64,000 nucleotides of DNA from Rikenellaceae bacterium (GCA_017464745.1 JAFTYJ010000072.1:3828-67827), one strand, 5' to 3'. Shown: positions 27,340-37,181, counted from the first letter of the stretch. Notes: generated by a model from the sequence alone, not told the origin. Program-made: numbers and translations.

Positions 27340-28308
27340 TTAGCAATACGATTCGAGCATTGTGAGCGAGCCCTCGAAGCGGACACTCTGTTCGACAGCG
27401 GGAACAAGGTAGACATCGCCCTTGGAGATTGGCAATTCGCCGTCCGAATAGCGCATTGTGCCACTACCCTCCGTACAGATATATATCACAAACGACGGCA
27501 ACCAAGCCAAATCACGGGTCATTGCGCCCGAAACCTCAATCAGGTTGGTGGTAAAGTGGGTGCAATCGACCAACTCAACAACCTCGTTAGGAACGCTCGC
27601 CTTGGTACGAACATACTCCACATCGGCATCGAAACGGATTGCCTGCATAGCCAACTCGGGATTCAACTCACGGGGATGGCCGTGGGAGTCCGTGCGGTCC
27701 CAATCATAGATTCGGTAGGTTATATCGCTTGTTTGTTGGATTTCGACCAATTTGATTCCGCCACATATGCAGTGAACAGTGCCCGCAGGGATATAGAACG
27801 AGTCGCCCTTATGTACCGAATAGCGGTTCAGCAGGTCGGGCACGGTGCCATTGGTCAGCGCGGCGGCGAATTTCTCGGGTGTAATACCCTCTTTTAAGCC
27901 AATCAGAATCTCGGCATCCTCCTCGCACTCGGTGATATACCACATCTCGCTCTTGCCCCACGCATTATGCAGACGTGCGGCTTGTGCGTTACCGGGGTGC
28001 ACCTGAATCGAGAGCAGGTCCTCGGCGTCCATATATTTGATAAGCAGAGGGAATTCGGTGCCGAATTGGTTGTAGATTTGGTCACCCACAAGTTCGCCCA
28101 TAAACACCTCCATCAACTCGCCGATGGTGTTGCCTTTGAGTCGTCCTTCCGACACAACCGACATATCATCCTCAAAACCAGAGATTTCCCAACTCTCGCC
28201 AATGCGCACATCGGCCTTCATACGCGAAGATGCGAGTCTTTCGCGGAGAGCCGTGCCGCCCCAAATACGTTCTTTGAGTTGGGGTTTAAATTTGAGAGGA
28301 TAAAGCAT
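27340..28308 (-). CDS. manA: Mannose-6-phosphate isomerase, class I
   Basis: N-terminus MLYPLKFKPQLKERIWGG, plus LSIQVHP and the cupin His/Glu motifs. 322 aa. Confidence 0.88.
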   Translation of the reverse strand: MLYPLKFKPQLKERIWGGTALRERLASSRMKADVRIGESWEISGFEDDMSVVSEGRLKGNTIGELMEVFMGELVGDQIYNQFGTEFPLLIKYMDAEDLLSIQVHPGNAQAARLHNAWGKSEMWYITECEEDAEILIGLKEGITPEKFAAALTNGTVPDLLNRYSVHKGDSFYIPAGTVHCICGGIKLVEIQQTSDITYRIYDWDRTDSHGHPRELNPELAMQAIRFDADVEYVRTKASVPNEVVELVDCTHFTTNLIEVSGAMTRDLAWLPSFVIYICTEGSGTMRYSDGELPISKGDVYLVPAVEQSVRFEGSLTMLESYC

Positions 28309-28339
28309 CAGTTGGCGTTCATTTTAAAATTATCGATGA

Positions 28340-28347
28340 CAAAGATA
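28340..28347 (-). promoter_or_regulatory. -7 promoter motif TATCTTTG for manA
   Basis: Exact TAnnTTTG on the minus strand, 31 nt upstream of ATG 28308. Confidence 0.45.
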
Positions 28348-28443
28348 GTTAAAAATTCGTAGGTTGCAATATTTTATTCAATGTTGTTTTATTTCTAACA
28401 TCGAAAGATTCGGCCCGTCGTTTGTCAAACCGAAATAAAAACG

Positions 28444-28451
28444 TACCTTTG
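28444..28451 (+). promoter_or_regulatory. -7 promoter motif TACCTTTG immediately before the yihY-like start
   Basis: Exact TAnnTTTG ending 7 nt before ATG 28459. Confidence 0.4.
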
Positions 28452-28458
28452 TGGTAGT

Positions 28459-29769
28459 ATGACTAATTTATTCAACATATTGCGCAAGCGTGGCAAAGAT
28501 GGTGACGGGCAAAACCCCAAGAATTGGTGGGCCGACACCGCACGACTGCCACGAGGACTGAAACTTATACTCTACACCATTCGCGGCGTGGACCGACACC
28601 AAACTATGGTGCGTTCGGCGGCGCTGGCATTCTACACCGCGCTGTCGGTGGTGCCCGTGCTGGCGTTGGTGTTCGCCGTGTTCAAAGGCTTCGGTATGGA
28701 CTCGGGACTTATCGACGAGTTGCACACCCGTTTCCCCGAGTACACCGAGTTGCTCGACCTGATGTTGGAGTTCGCCGAGAACATCCTCGCACGCACCCGT
28801 GGAGGTGTGGTTGCTATCGGAGGTATCGTGTTCTTGGTGTGGGCTGTGGCTCAGGTGTTCGGAGGTGTGGAGTCTGCTTTCAACGCCATTTGGGAGGTCA
28901 AACGCCGTCGCAGTCTGGCACGCTCGGTGACCGACTACATTGCCATTGTGGTTATCGTTCCCGTGTTGCTGCTGGTGCTTAACGGTGCGCTGGCCGAGTC
29001 CAAAGCCGTGTTGGCCGAGTGGACAAGTGTGGCTATCTCCGAGGTGGTCTATCTGCCGTCGTCGTTGCTGGGTATCTGGGTGTGCGTGATGCTGCTCTAC
29101 TACCTGCTGCCCAACACCAAAGTTCACTTCCGCCCCGCCGCAATTGCTGCGTTTGTGGCATCGGTGGTGTTCCTGATTTTCCAAGAGGGTTATTTCTATA
29201 TCCAACACGCACTGAACACCTACAACGCCATCTACGGAACATTTGCCGCGGTGCCGTTGTTGCTGGTTTTTGTGCAGTCGAGTTGGATGATACTGCTGCT
29301 GGGTGGCGAACTGTCGTATGCCATCCAGAACGTTCGCAACTTCGAGCGCGACGAGGAGAGTATGCACATAGGATTGGGCAACCGCCAACGTATTGCCGTG
29401 GCCGTTATGACAGTTGTGGCACGCCGCTACACAGCATCGCCTATGGCCACCACCTCGGCCGAAGATATAGCCGCCGAATTGGAACTTCCCATCCGTATCG
29501 TGGGCGATGTGTTGTTTGATTTGGAGAACGCCCGCTTTGTGATGGCGGTCATCGGTGCCGACGACAACAAACGCACGGGATACCTGCCCGCACGCGACGT
29601 CCACACACTCACCATTGCCGACATCGAACGCGGACTCAACCGCTACGAAGAGGACTCGCTGAACCTCGAAAATAACCCGCTGCTGAACGCAGTGAACGCC
29701 CGCTTCGACAAGATTGAGTCTATCGTTGCAACCTCACCCGTCAATGCCAAAATAATGGACCTGCTATGA
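28459..29769 (+). CDS. YihY/BrkB family inner-membrane protein
   Basis: RSAALAFYTALSVVPVLALVF motif, 6 TM helices, and a C-terminal soluble extension. Confidence 0.8.
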   Translation: MTNLFNILRKRGKDGDGQNPKNWWADTARLPRGLKLILYTIRGVDRHQTMVRSAALAFYTALSVVPVLALVFAVFKGFGMDSGLIDELHTRFPEYTELLDLMLEFAENILARTRGGVVAIGGIVFLVWAVAQVFGGVESAFNAIWEVKRRRSLARSVTDYIAIVVIVPVLLLVLNGALAESKAVLAEWTSVAISEVVYLPSSLLGIWVCVMLLYYLLPNTKVHFRPAAIAAFVASVVFLIFQEGYFYIQHALNTYNAIYGTFAAVPLLLVFVQSSWMILLLGGELSYAIQNVRNFERDEESMHIGLGNRQRIAVAVMTVVARRYTASPMATTSAEDIAAELELPIRIVGDVLFDLENARFVMAVIGADDNKRTGYLPARDVHTLTIADIERGLNRYEEDSLNLENNPLLNAVNARFDKIESIVATSPVNAKIMDLL

Positions 29770-30515
29770 GAGTAGTCGTTATCGGAAGTGGCGCCGTTGC
29801 CGAAGCGCTGTGTGCGGGCTTGAGCGAGAGGGTTGTGGGTGTTGTAGCCCGCAACGAGAGCCGAGGTCGTGAGATTGCCGCGCTGTGTGGTGCCGAATGG
29901 AGCGCCGAGAGCCTTCCCATAGCCGACCTCTACCTTATTTCGGTCAGCGACCGTGCCATAGGCGAGGTTTCCGAAAGTTGGGAGTTCCCCGAGGAGTCTG
30001 TGGTGGCTCACACCGCAGGGTGCCCTACCCTCGATACACTCGACAGCCGCATCCGCCACCGTGCCGTGTTCTACCCGATGCAGACCTTCACACGGGGTCG
30101 CAGGGTCAATTGGCGCGAGATACCGATTTTTGTGGAGGGCTCAACGGAACACGCCTTGAAGGTTGTACAAGAGTTGGCGAGCGAGATTTCGGAGCAGGTT
30201 GAGCAGGCCGACAGCGCACACCGCAGCCGCCTGCACCTGGGCGCGACCTGGGTGTGCAACTTTGTCAATATGATGTTTGTGGCGGGTAGCGACGCAGCCG
30301 ACACTCCGCTCACTACCTACCGACCCCTCATCGAGGAGTGCGTACATAAGGCTATGACCCTCGGGCCACGCAACTGCCAGACGGGAGTTGCTATTCGTGG
30401 CGATATTGCGATGCAGGAGCGCCACGCCGAGATGTTGCGCCATACCACCCCCCAATACGAAGAACTATACAAACAGATAAGCAAAACGATATGGGAAACT
30501 TTAAGGAAGATATAG
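29766..30515 (+). CDS. Rossmann-fold protein, DUF2520-type
   Basis: MRVVVIGSGAVAEAL dinucleotide-binding start. About 250 aa. The C-terminal helical domain has GPRNCQTG..RGD. Confidence 0.65.
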   Translation: MRVVVIGSGAVAEALCAGLSERVVGVVARNESRGREIAALCGAEWSAESLPIADLYLISVSDRAIGEVSESWEFPEESVVAHTAGCPTLDTLDSRIRHRAVFYPMQTFTRGRRVNWREIPIFVEGSTEHALKVVQELASEISEQVEQADSAHRSRLHLGATWVCNFVNMMFVAGSDAADTPLTTYRPLIEECVHKAMTLGPRNCQTGVAIRGDIAMQERHAEMLRHTTPQYEELYKQISKTIWETLRKI

Positions 30516-31024
30516 CCCGCGTCAAAGCGTTTGTGTTTGATGTCGATGGCGTGTTTACCGACGGCAGTATCACCCCCACCGCCGACGGCGATTTTCTGAG
30601 AACTTACTACGCCCAAGACGGTTATGCCGTAGCCTATGCCATTCAGCAGGGATTTCGCGTGTGCGTGATTTCGGGAGGCCGTGGCGCACTGCTGGCCCGC
30701 CGTTTCGAGATGCTGAAAGTGGAGGACACCTACTTCAACTGCGCCGACAAGGAGCAAGCCCTCGAAGATTTTATGACCAAATACAACCTCTCGGCCGACG
30801 AGATTGTCTATATGGGCGACGATGTTCCCGACCTGGGCGTTATGCGCAAAGTGGGTATCCCCGTGTGTCCGAGTGACGCTTGCTCGGATGTGCTCGAAAC
30901 GGTACGCTATGTATCGGAGTTTGCGGGAGGTCGCGGAGCCGTGCGTGACATCGTAGAGCAGGTGCTCCGGGCGCAGGATTGCTGGGCTCTGCACACCAAA
31001 GGCCCAACTTGTGTGTCGAATTAG
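30491..31024 (+). CDS. kdsC: 3-deoxy-D-manno-octulosonate 8-phosphate phosphatase (HAD, YrbI family)
   Basis: FVFDVDGVFTDG, the VISGG block, and YMGDDVPDL. Confidence 0.85.
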   Translation: MGNFKEDIARVKAFVFDVDGVFTDGSITPTADGDFLRTYYAQDGYAVAYAIQQGFRVCVISGGRGALLARRFEMLKVEDTYFNCADKEQALEDFMTKYNLSADEIVYMGDDVPDLGVMRKVGIPVCPSDACSDVLETVRYVSEFAGGRGAVRDIVEQVLRAQDCWALHTKGPTCVSN

Positions 31025-31062
31025 ATAACTATTATCGAAACTTTGTTACCTTTGTCGCAGGT

Positions 31063-32076
31063 ATGAAGATAGTTGAAAACATAGACCTCGCACCCTACAA
31101 TAGTTTTGGTGTGAGTGTGAAGGCCGCCCGCTACGCCGAGGTGACCTCGGCCGAGGATGCCGCCGAACTGTTTGCCCGCCCCGAAGTTACGGAGCAAGGA
31201 TGGATGGCCCTGGGTGACGGCTGCAATGTGCTGTTTACGGGCGACTACCCCGGAACAATAGTGCGAATTGCCAACCGCGAAATCACTGTCGAAAACGAGG
31301 ACTCGGAAGGTGCTGTGGTGCGCGTTGGCGGAGGTGTCGAGTGGGACGACCTTGTGGAGTGGTGCGTGAGCCACGAGTTGTGGGGCGTCGAGAATCTGTC
31401 GCTTATTCCGGGCACGGTGGGAGCCTGCCCCGTACAAAATATCGGAGCCTATGGTGCCGAAGCCGCCGACACTATCCGCGAAGTGGAGATTTGGGACACC
31501 GCCGAGGGTTGTCGCCGAGTGCTGAAAGCCGCTGAGTGCAAGTTTGGCTACCGCGAGAGCGTGTTCAAACACGAGTGGAAGGGTCGTGCGCTGGTGTTGG
31601 CCGTGCGCTTTGAGTTCGGCAAAACGGCAAATCCCCGTTTGGACTATGGAGATGTACGAGCAAGAGTCGAGGCTCTGGGAGGTGCAACCCTGCGCAATAT
31701 CCGCACCGCAGTGGTCGAAATCCGCCGCGCAAAACTGCCCGACCATAAGGTTGTGGGCAACGCCGGAAGTTTCTTCAAAAATCCCGTGGTCGAGGACTCC
31801 GTAGCCGAGCGCATCAAAGCCGAGTGGCCCGACGCTCCGACCTACCCTACCCCCCACGAGGGAATGACCAAGTTGGCAGCAGGATGGCTGATTGACAAGT
31901 GCGGCTGGAAAGGCCGCTCGTTGGGTCGCGCAGGCGTTCACGACCGTCAGGCTCTGGTGTTGGTAAACCGTGGAGGAGCAACGGCCGAAGAGGTTATAAC
32001 CCTGGCGCAAACCATTCGCCGTGATGTGGCCGCCAAGTTCGGAGTTGAGATAGACCCCGAGGTCAATATTATTTAG
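31063..32076 (+). CDS. murB: UDP-N-acetylenolpyruvoylglucosamine reductase
   Basis: Start taken at MKIVENIDLAPYNSFGV. GNAGSFFKNP motif and FAD-binding N-terminal domain. Confidence 0.9.
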   Translation: MKIVENIDLAPYNSFGVSVKAARYAEVTSAEDAAELFARPEVTEQGWMALGDGCNVLFTGDYPGTIVRIANREITVENEDSEGAVVRVGGGVEWDDLVEWCVSHELWGVENLSLIPGTVGACPVQNIGAYGAEAADTIREVEIWDTAEGCRRVLKAAECKFGYRESVFKHEWKGRALVLAVRFEFGKTANPRLDYGDVRARVEALGGATLRNIRTAVVEIRRAKLPDHKVVGNAGSFFKNPVVEDSVAERIKAEWPDAPTYPTPHEGMTKLAAGWLIDKCGWKGRSLGRAGVHDRQALVLVNRGGATAEEVITLAQTIRRDVAAKFGVEIDPEVNII

Positions 32077-32082
32077 TGCACT

Positions 32083-33435
32083 ATGAGCGAAAGTTTACTC
32101 GAACGATTTATACGATACATCCGCGAGAAGGAACTCTTCACCCTCTCGGACCGCATCCTGCTGACCGTCAGCGGCGGTGTGGATTCAATGGTGATGATGA
32201 ATCTTATGGTGGAAGCCGGCTACTCGGTGGGTGTTGCCCACTGCAACTTCCAACTTCGCGGCGACGAGGCTGTGGAGGACGAGGAGTTGGTTGCCAACCA
32301 CGCCGCCAGACTCGGAATACCCCACTACAATAAACGTTTTGACACCGCAGGCGAGATGGAACGCACGGGCGAATCGGTACAAATTGCCGCACGCCGTCTG
32401 CGTTATGAGTGGTTCGACGAGTTGAGCCGCCAGCACGGCTATACGGTGGTGGCTATTGCGCATCAGGCCGACGACTCTATCGAGACGTTCTTCATCAACC
32501 TGTTCCGTGGCACGGGACTCAAAGGACTTACGGGTATCAGCGTTCACCGCGACCGCATTGTACGCCCGCTACTGTTTGCCTCACGCAAAGAGATTACCGA
32601 GTATGCACTGGCACACAAAGTTCCCTACCGCGAGGACTCGTCCAACAAAACCACCAAATACCTGCGCAACAAGATACGCCTGGGACTTGTGCCCCGCATC
32701 CGCGAGATAAACCCCAAGTTCACCGAACTGATGCGCACCAACCTCGGCCGACTGATTGATGCTCAGAGGTTTATCGACGGCACTATTGAGCGTATGCGCG
32801 ACTCTGTTCAGGAGCAATCGGGTGAGGATTACATCATCTATCCCGACCGTATTCCTGCCGATTTGCCGCTCAACTTTGTAGTGTATGAGTTGCTGAATTC
32901 GTCCTTTGGTTTCAAAGGCGATGTGGTGGAGGCTATGTGTCGCAATCTGCGCCACGGCACCCAATCGGGCAAGCGATTCTATTCGAGAGATAAGGTTGCC
33001 TGCATCGACCGCGGCCGCATCATAATCTCGCCCATCAGCGACGAGGATAGTTGCGAGGTGAAGGTCGAGAAGTTTGCCACCCGCGCCTATTGCGGCAACT
33101 CGGTGCTCTACATGGAGTGGCTGGATGTCGACAAGGTGGGGTCGTTGCAAGTGCCCGACAATGTGGCTTTAGTGGATGCCGACCGTTTGGAGTTTCCGCT
33201 TACACTGCGCCGTTGGAACGAGGGCGATGCTTTCATTCCGCTGGGTATGTCGGGCCGCAAGAAGGTCAGCGACTACCTTATCGACCACAAGGTGGCCATC
33301 CCTGCCAAAAAACGACAATTCGTGATGACCTCGGCCGACAACATCGTGTGGCTCATAGGACAGCGAGTGGACGACCGCTATAAAATCACACCCCACACCG
33401 AAAACGTACTCAAAATTACACGCGAAATAATCTAA
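32083..33435 (+). CDS. tilS: tRNA(Ile)-lysidine synthetase
   Basis: PP-loop SGGVDSMV, about 450 aa. Confidence 0.9.
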   Translation: MSESLLERFIRYIREKELFTLSDRILLTVSGGVDSMVMMNLMVEAGYSVGVAHCNFQLRGDEAVEDEELVANHAARLGIPHYNKRFDTAGEMERTGESVQIAARRLRYEWFDELSRQHGYTVVAIAHQADDSIETFFINLFRGTGLKGLTGISVHRDRIVRPLLFASRKEITEYALAHKVPYREDSSNKTTKYLRNKIRLGLVPRIREINPKFTELMRTNLGRLIDAQRFIDGTIERMRDSVQEQSGEDYIIYPDRIPADLPLNFVVYELLNSSFGFKGDVVEAMCRNLRHGTQSGKRFYSRDKVACIDRGRIIISPISDEDSCEVKVEKFATRAYCGNSVLYMEWLDVDKVGSLQVPDNVALVDADRLEFPLTLRRWNEGDAFIPLGMSGRKKVSDYLIDHKVAIPAKKRQFVMTSADNIVWLIGQRVDDRYKITPHTENVLKITREII

Positions 33436-33444
33436 TCTGACACC

Positions 33445-34521
33445 ATGGCAAAAGGCGGAGCAACATTCAAAAACTGTGTCGTGGAGTTTGACCGCATAAC
33501 CAGCGACATCCGAGCCAGCAACTACAAGCCTATCTATCTGCTGATGGGCGAGGAGGGCTACTTCATCGACGCTATCTCGGACCTTATCGAAGAGAGTGCG
33601 CTGGATGAGGTGGAACGATCGTTCTGCCAAACGGTGGTCTATGGCAAGGATGCACGTGCGGGCGATATTGTGGACTTGGCTCGTCAGGTTCCGATGATGG
33701 GTTCGCGTAGCGTGGTTATTGTGCGTGAGGCTCAGCAACTTGCCGCCTTCGACGAGTTGGATAGTTATGCCAAGACTCCCAACCCGAGCACCATTCTCGT
33801 GCTGTGCTACAAAAAGGAGAAGGGTATGGATAAGCGTTCGGCAGTGTACAAACACCTGGCTGCCGCAGGCGAGGTTTTTGAGTCGGTACGCCCGCGCGAC
33901 TACGAGATGAAAGATTGGCTCCGAGGTTTTGTCGAGCGCAAGGGAATGAAGATGGAGCAAAAGGGTATCGAGATGATTGTGGACCACACAGGCACCGACA
34001 TCGCCAAGATTTCCAACGAGTTAGACAAATTATTGGTGGCGCTTCCCGAGGGCACCCGCATTATCACTCCCGACCATATCGAGGAGCACATCGGTATCAG
34101 CAAAGATTTCAACGTCTATGAGTTAAACCGCGCTGTGATGGCACGCGACGCTGCACGCGCACTCACCATTGCCGACTATATGTCGCGCAACCCCAAGAGC
34201 AACCCGCTGGTGGTAATTATAATGACTATGTTCGGCCAATTCAAGCAGGTTTTTCTCTACAACTACTACAAGTGGCTGGTGGCACGCAAAGGGCAGATTA
34301 TGCCGCCCGACACCGAGATGTGCCGCATACTCGGAGTACCCGCGCCGTTCTTTGTAAATGAGGTCAGAGCCGCCGCAGCGCTATATCCCAACAAGGTGAC
34401 TTTCAAGATTTTAGGCATTATCCGCGAATACGATGCCCGCAGCAAAGGTATCGATACGGGAGGCGTAACAGATGGCGAACTCCTGCGCGAAATGATACTC
34501 AAAATAGTTACGGCAAGTTAG
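33445..34521 (+). CDS. holA: DNA polymerase III delta subunit
   Basis: YLLMGEEGYFID N-terminus, about 358 aa, with the delta-type helical C-terminus. Confidence 0.8.
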   Translation: MAKGGATFKNCVVEFDRITSDIRASNYKPIYLLMGEEGYFIDAISDLIEESALDEVERSFCQTVVYGKDARAGDIVDLARQVPMMGSRSVVIVREAQQLAAFDELDSYAKTPNPSTILVLCYKKEKGMDKRSAVYKHLAAAGEVFESVRPRDYEMKDWLRGFVERKGMKMEQKGIEMIVDHTGTDIAKISNELDKLLVALPEGTRIITPDHIEEHIGISKDFNVYELNRAVMARDAARALTIADYMSRNPKSNPLVVIIMTMFGQFKQVFLYNYYKWLVARKGQIMPPDTEMCRILGVPAPFFVNEVRAAAALYPNKVTFKILGIIREYDARSKGIDTGGVTDGELLREMILKIVTAS

Positions 34522-34530
34522 GGGAAAATT

Positions 34531-34593
34531 GTGAATTGTGAATTGTGAATTGTGAATTGTGAATTGTGAATTGTGAATTGTGAATTGTGAATT
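34531..34593. repeat. Perfect heptanucleotide microsatellite (GTGAATT) x 9
   Basis: Nine uninterrupted copies, counted base by base. A degenerate copy (gaaaatt) precedes them. The tract fills the gap between the holA stop (34521) and ATG 34599. Confidence 0.98.
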
Positions 34594-34598
34594 AAAAA

Positions 34599-35363
34599 AT
34601 GTTTAAGGACGCGATATATATAGATGGACGTGTGGTGCGCTCGGTGGAGGATTCGGCCGAGTTGGAGATGCTGCTCGCCCCCTATGTCTATCGCACGGTG
34701 CGCACATACAACTACGCCCCCAAACAACCCAACGCCGAAACACAGAGCCTGAACAACGCTTTTGGTGAAGTTTTCGGCCTGAAATCGAGCCTTAACGCCA
34801 CAACACTCACTACCGCCGTGGAGAGCGTTCTCACCCGTAACCACTACCCCTCACGTCTGTCGAATGTCGAGGTGCGACTGCATCGTTTAGGCTCGCGCGC
34901 GGTGATGTCGGTTGTGGCAGGCGAGGTGCTCGACCAAGACCACTACGACGCCGCAGTTTTGCGCCCATCGGCCGAAATTTGCCACTGCGAAATACCCTGG
35001 CCACAACACTTTACAAGTTTTGGCCGACAGATTATCGACCTTATGTCCAAGTCGTCCAAAGAGGTGTGTATCACACTGAGCGACGGCGCTTTAAGAGCGT
35101 GCGAAGGATTTCCGTTGTATGGCGTGGTTGGCGAACAGGTGGTGGCTTTTGCTCCGTGGGAGAGCATCGAAAGTCATCGTGCCGAAAGGGTGTGCCAAAG
35201 GGCCGGAATTTCGCTTGTAAGAAAGGACGTTTGCAACCCCTCGGAGGTGCGCGAATTGTTCTACTTTTCGACCAACGAACTTGTGTCAATAGGCCGCCTT
35301 GCGGGCCGTCCGTTGGAGCCTTTCGTGGCATTCCGTCTATCGCGCTTTCTGAACGACGCTTAG
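34599..35363 (+). CDS. Hypothetical protein with a distant aminotransferase class IV / ADC-lyase-like pattern
   Basis: The C-terminal half (DGALRACEGFPLYGVVGEQVVAFAPWESIESHRAERVCQRAGISLVRKDVCNPSEVRELFYFSTNELVSIGRLAGRPL) resembles the fold-type IV small-domain pattern. This is a weak assignment made by eye. Confidence 0.4.
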   Translation: MFKDAIYIDGRVVRSVEDSAELEMLLAPYVYRTVRTYNYAPKQPNAETQSLNNAFGEVFGLKSSLNATTLTTAVESVLTRNHYPSRLSNVEVRLHRLGSRAVMSVVAGEVLDQDHYDAAVLRPSAEICHCEIPWPQHFTSFGRQIIDLMSKSSKEVCITLSDGALRACEGFPLYGVVGEQVVAFAPWESIESHRAERVCQRAGISLVRKDVCNPSEVRELFYFSTNELVSIGRLAGRPLEPFVAFRLSRFLNDA

Positions 35364-36169
35364 CAGTAGGCACTCAGCCGTTCCATCTCCTCGCGCACGA
35401 GCATAGTACCCGCCACAGGGGTAGGTTCCGAGGCCAAAATCTCCCACGCAATAGGCGAGCCAAAGACAATCTTGAAATGACTCCCGCGCTGAGCAAACAA
35501 CTCGCTCGGCAACAACATCATCTCCAAATTCTGCTCAATACCCAACGCTTTGCGCAACCGCGCCAGCAGGTAGAACTTGCGCGACAACGTGCCGGCAACA
35601 TAGACAGGCACCACATCGCGACGAGCCGCCACAGCACGCTTGATAAACCCCGCGCTCCACGGCATATCGCACACCCCGCCGCGAGCACTCCGCGAACACA
35701 TTCCCGCAGGGAAAGTCACAATCGGCACATCGCCCTCGAAGGTGCGCTCGAAGAGCCCCGAAGTGCGTCCGCTCTGTCGGCCGTGTTTGTTGATTGGCAA
35801 GAAGATAGGGCTCAGCGGCGCAAGTGTCATCAGCAGGTCATTGACCCCGATTCGCACATCTCCAAACCTCCGCCCCACGCAGTGTCCGAGCATCAATCCG
35901 TCCATTCCTCCGAATGGGTGGTTGGCGGCAAACAGATAACGTCCTCGTCGCGGCTCCTCCTCCCACATTCCCTCGTAGGTTATGTCGAGTCGGGCGAAGA
36001 TTGCCTCGATAAATTCGAGCGGTGCCATCCCCTCGCCCATCTCCAACAACTCGTCGATGCGCTCCAAACACAGCAAACGCTCCAACATCGCCACCACAAA
36101 ACGTGGCAGAGATGCTTCCAGGGCAGGATTTTTGTCTTTTATGATTTGTCCGAGTGAAAGTTTTTGCAT
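35360..36169 (-). CDS. Lysophospholipid acyltransferase family protein (OlsA/GlsA-like O-acyltransferase)
   Basis: HX4D motif in ANHPFGGMDGLML, a second block FPAGMCSR, 269 aa. Confidence 0.65.
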   Translation of the reverse strand: MQKLSLGQIIKDKNPALEASLPRFVVAMLERLLCLERIDELLEMGEGMAPLEFIEAIFARLDITYEGMWEEEPRRGRYLFAANHPFGGMDGLMLGHCVGRRFGDVRIGVNDLLMTLAPLSPIFLPINKHGRQSGRTSGLFERTFEGDVPIVTFPAGMCSRSARGGVCDMPWSAGFIKRAVAARRDVVPVYVAGTLSRKFYLLARLRKALGIEQNLEMMLLPSELFAQRGSHFKIVFGSPIAWEILASEPTPVAGTMLVREEMERLSAYC

Positions 36170-36263
36170 AGTCAGAAAAAATATTTTGCAAAAAGTGTGC
36201 CCGAAGATGACCCTATGCTTTGTAAAACCGAGGTAAAATTTATAATTTTACACCCTAATTGAC

Positions 36264-37181
36264 ATGACCTACCCAGATATGACCACATACCACATACCCG
36301 TATTGCTCGAAGAGTCGCTCGAACTGCTTGATATAAAGCCTGATGGGGTGTATGTCGATTTGACGTTCGGCGGCGGAGGCCACTCCTCGCACATAGTTCA
36401 ACGTCTGTCGCCCAAAGGACACCTCTACTCGTTCGACCAAGATGCCGACGCCGAGGCCAATGCTTTCGACGATGAGCGCTTCACTTTTGTACGTAGCAAC
36501 TTCCGTTTTATGCGGGGTCACCTGCGTCTGCACGGTGTCGAGGGTGTGGATGGTGTGTTTGCCGACCTGGGAGTGTCGTCGCACCACTTCGATGCCACCG
36601 AGCGCGGATTCTCGTTCCGTGGAGATGCACCCCTCGATATGCGTATGAACCGCAGGGCAGGACGCACCGCAGCCGATGTGGTGAACACCTACAACGTCGA
36701 ACAACTCGCCTGGATTCTCAAAAACTATGGCGAGATTGACGGTGCACGCCGTGTGGCAGGATGTATAGATGCCGCACGCAGTGTCGCACCCCTGACCACA
36801 ACCTTTGAGTTGGTGGAGGCCGTGCGCAAGGTCACCCCACCGCGTGACGAGTCGAAGTTCCTGTCGAAACTCTTTCAGGCACTCCGCATCGAGGTCAATG
36901 GCGAGATGGAGGCGTTGCAGATGGCTCTCGAACAGAGTCTGAAAATGTTACGCCCCGGAGGTCGTCTGGTGATAATGTCGTACCACTCGCTCGAAGACCG
37001 TATGGTCAAGAACTTTATGCGTAGCGGCACAGTGAGCGGCACCGTCGAGAAGGACTTCTTTGGTCGCACCTCCACTCCGTTCGAGATTGTGACCCGCAAG
37101 GTGGTGGTCCCCACCGACGAGGAGATTGCCCGCAACCCCCGCAGCCGCAGCGCCAAACTCCGAGCCGCCATTAAACTTTAA
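36264..37181 (+). CDS. rsmH: 16S rRNA (cytosine1402-N4)-methyltransferase
   Basis: HIPVLLEE, DLTFGGGGHS, DLGVSSHQ-like DLGVSSHHFD. It is the first gene of the dcw cluster. Confidence 0.93.
   Translation: MTYPDMTTYHIPVLLEESLELLDIKPDGVYVDLTFGGGGHSSHIVQRLSPKGHLYSFDQDADAEANAFDDERFTFVRSNFRFMRGHLRLHGVEGVDGVFADLGVSSHHFDATERGFSFRGDAPLDMRMNRRAGRTAADVVNTYNVEQLAWILKNYGEIDGARRVAGCIDAARSVAPLTTTFELVEAVRKVTPPRDESKFLSKLFQALRIEVNGEMEALQMALEQSLKMLRPGGRLVIMSYHSLEDRMVKNFMRSGTVSGTVEKDFFGRTSTPFEIVTRKVVVPTDEEIARNPRSRSAKLRAAIKL

Noticed and set aside
34531-34593. The repeat tract could be a CRISPR array or a mobile-element end.
   Set aside because: The units are 7 nt with no spacers. No cas genes, transposase or flanking inverted repeats are present.
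34518-34844. 108-aa minus-strand ORF ending in HNSQFTIHNSQFTIHNSQFTIFP.
   Set aside because: The repeated peptide is simply the translation of the 7-nt microsatellite, and the rest is antisense to the 34599..35363 gene.
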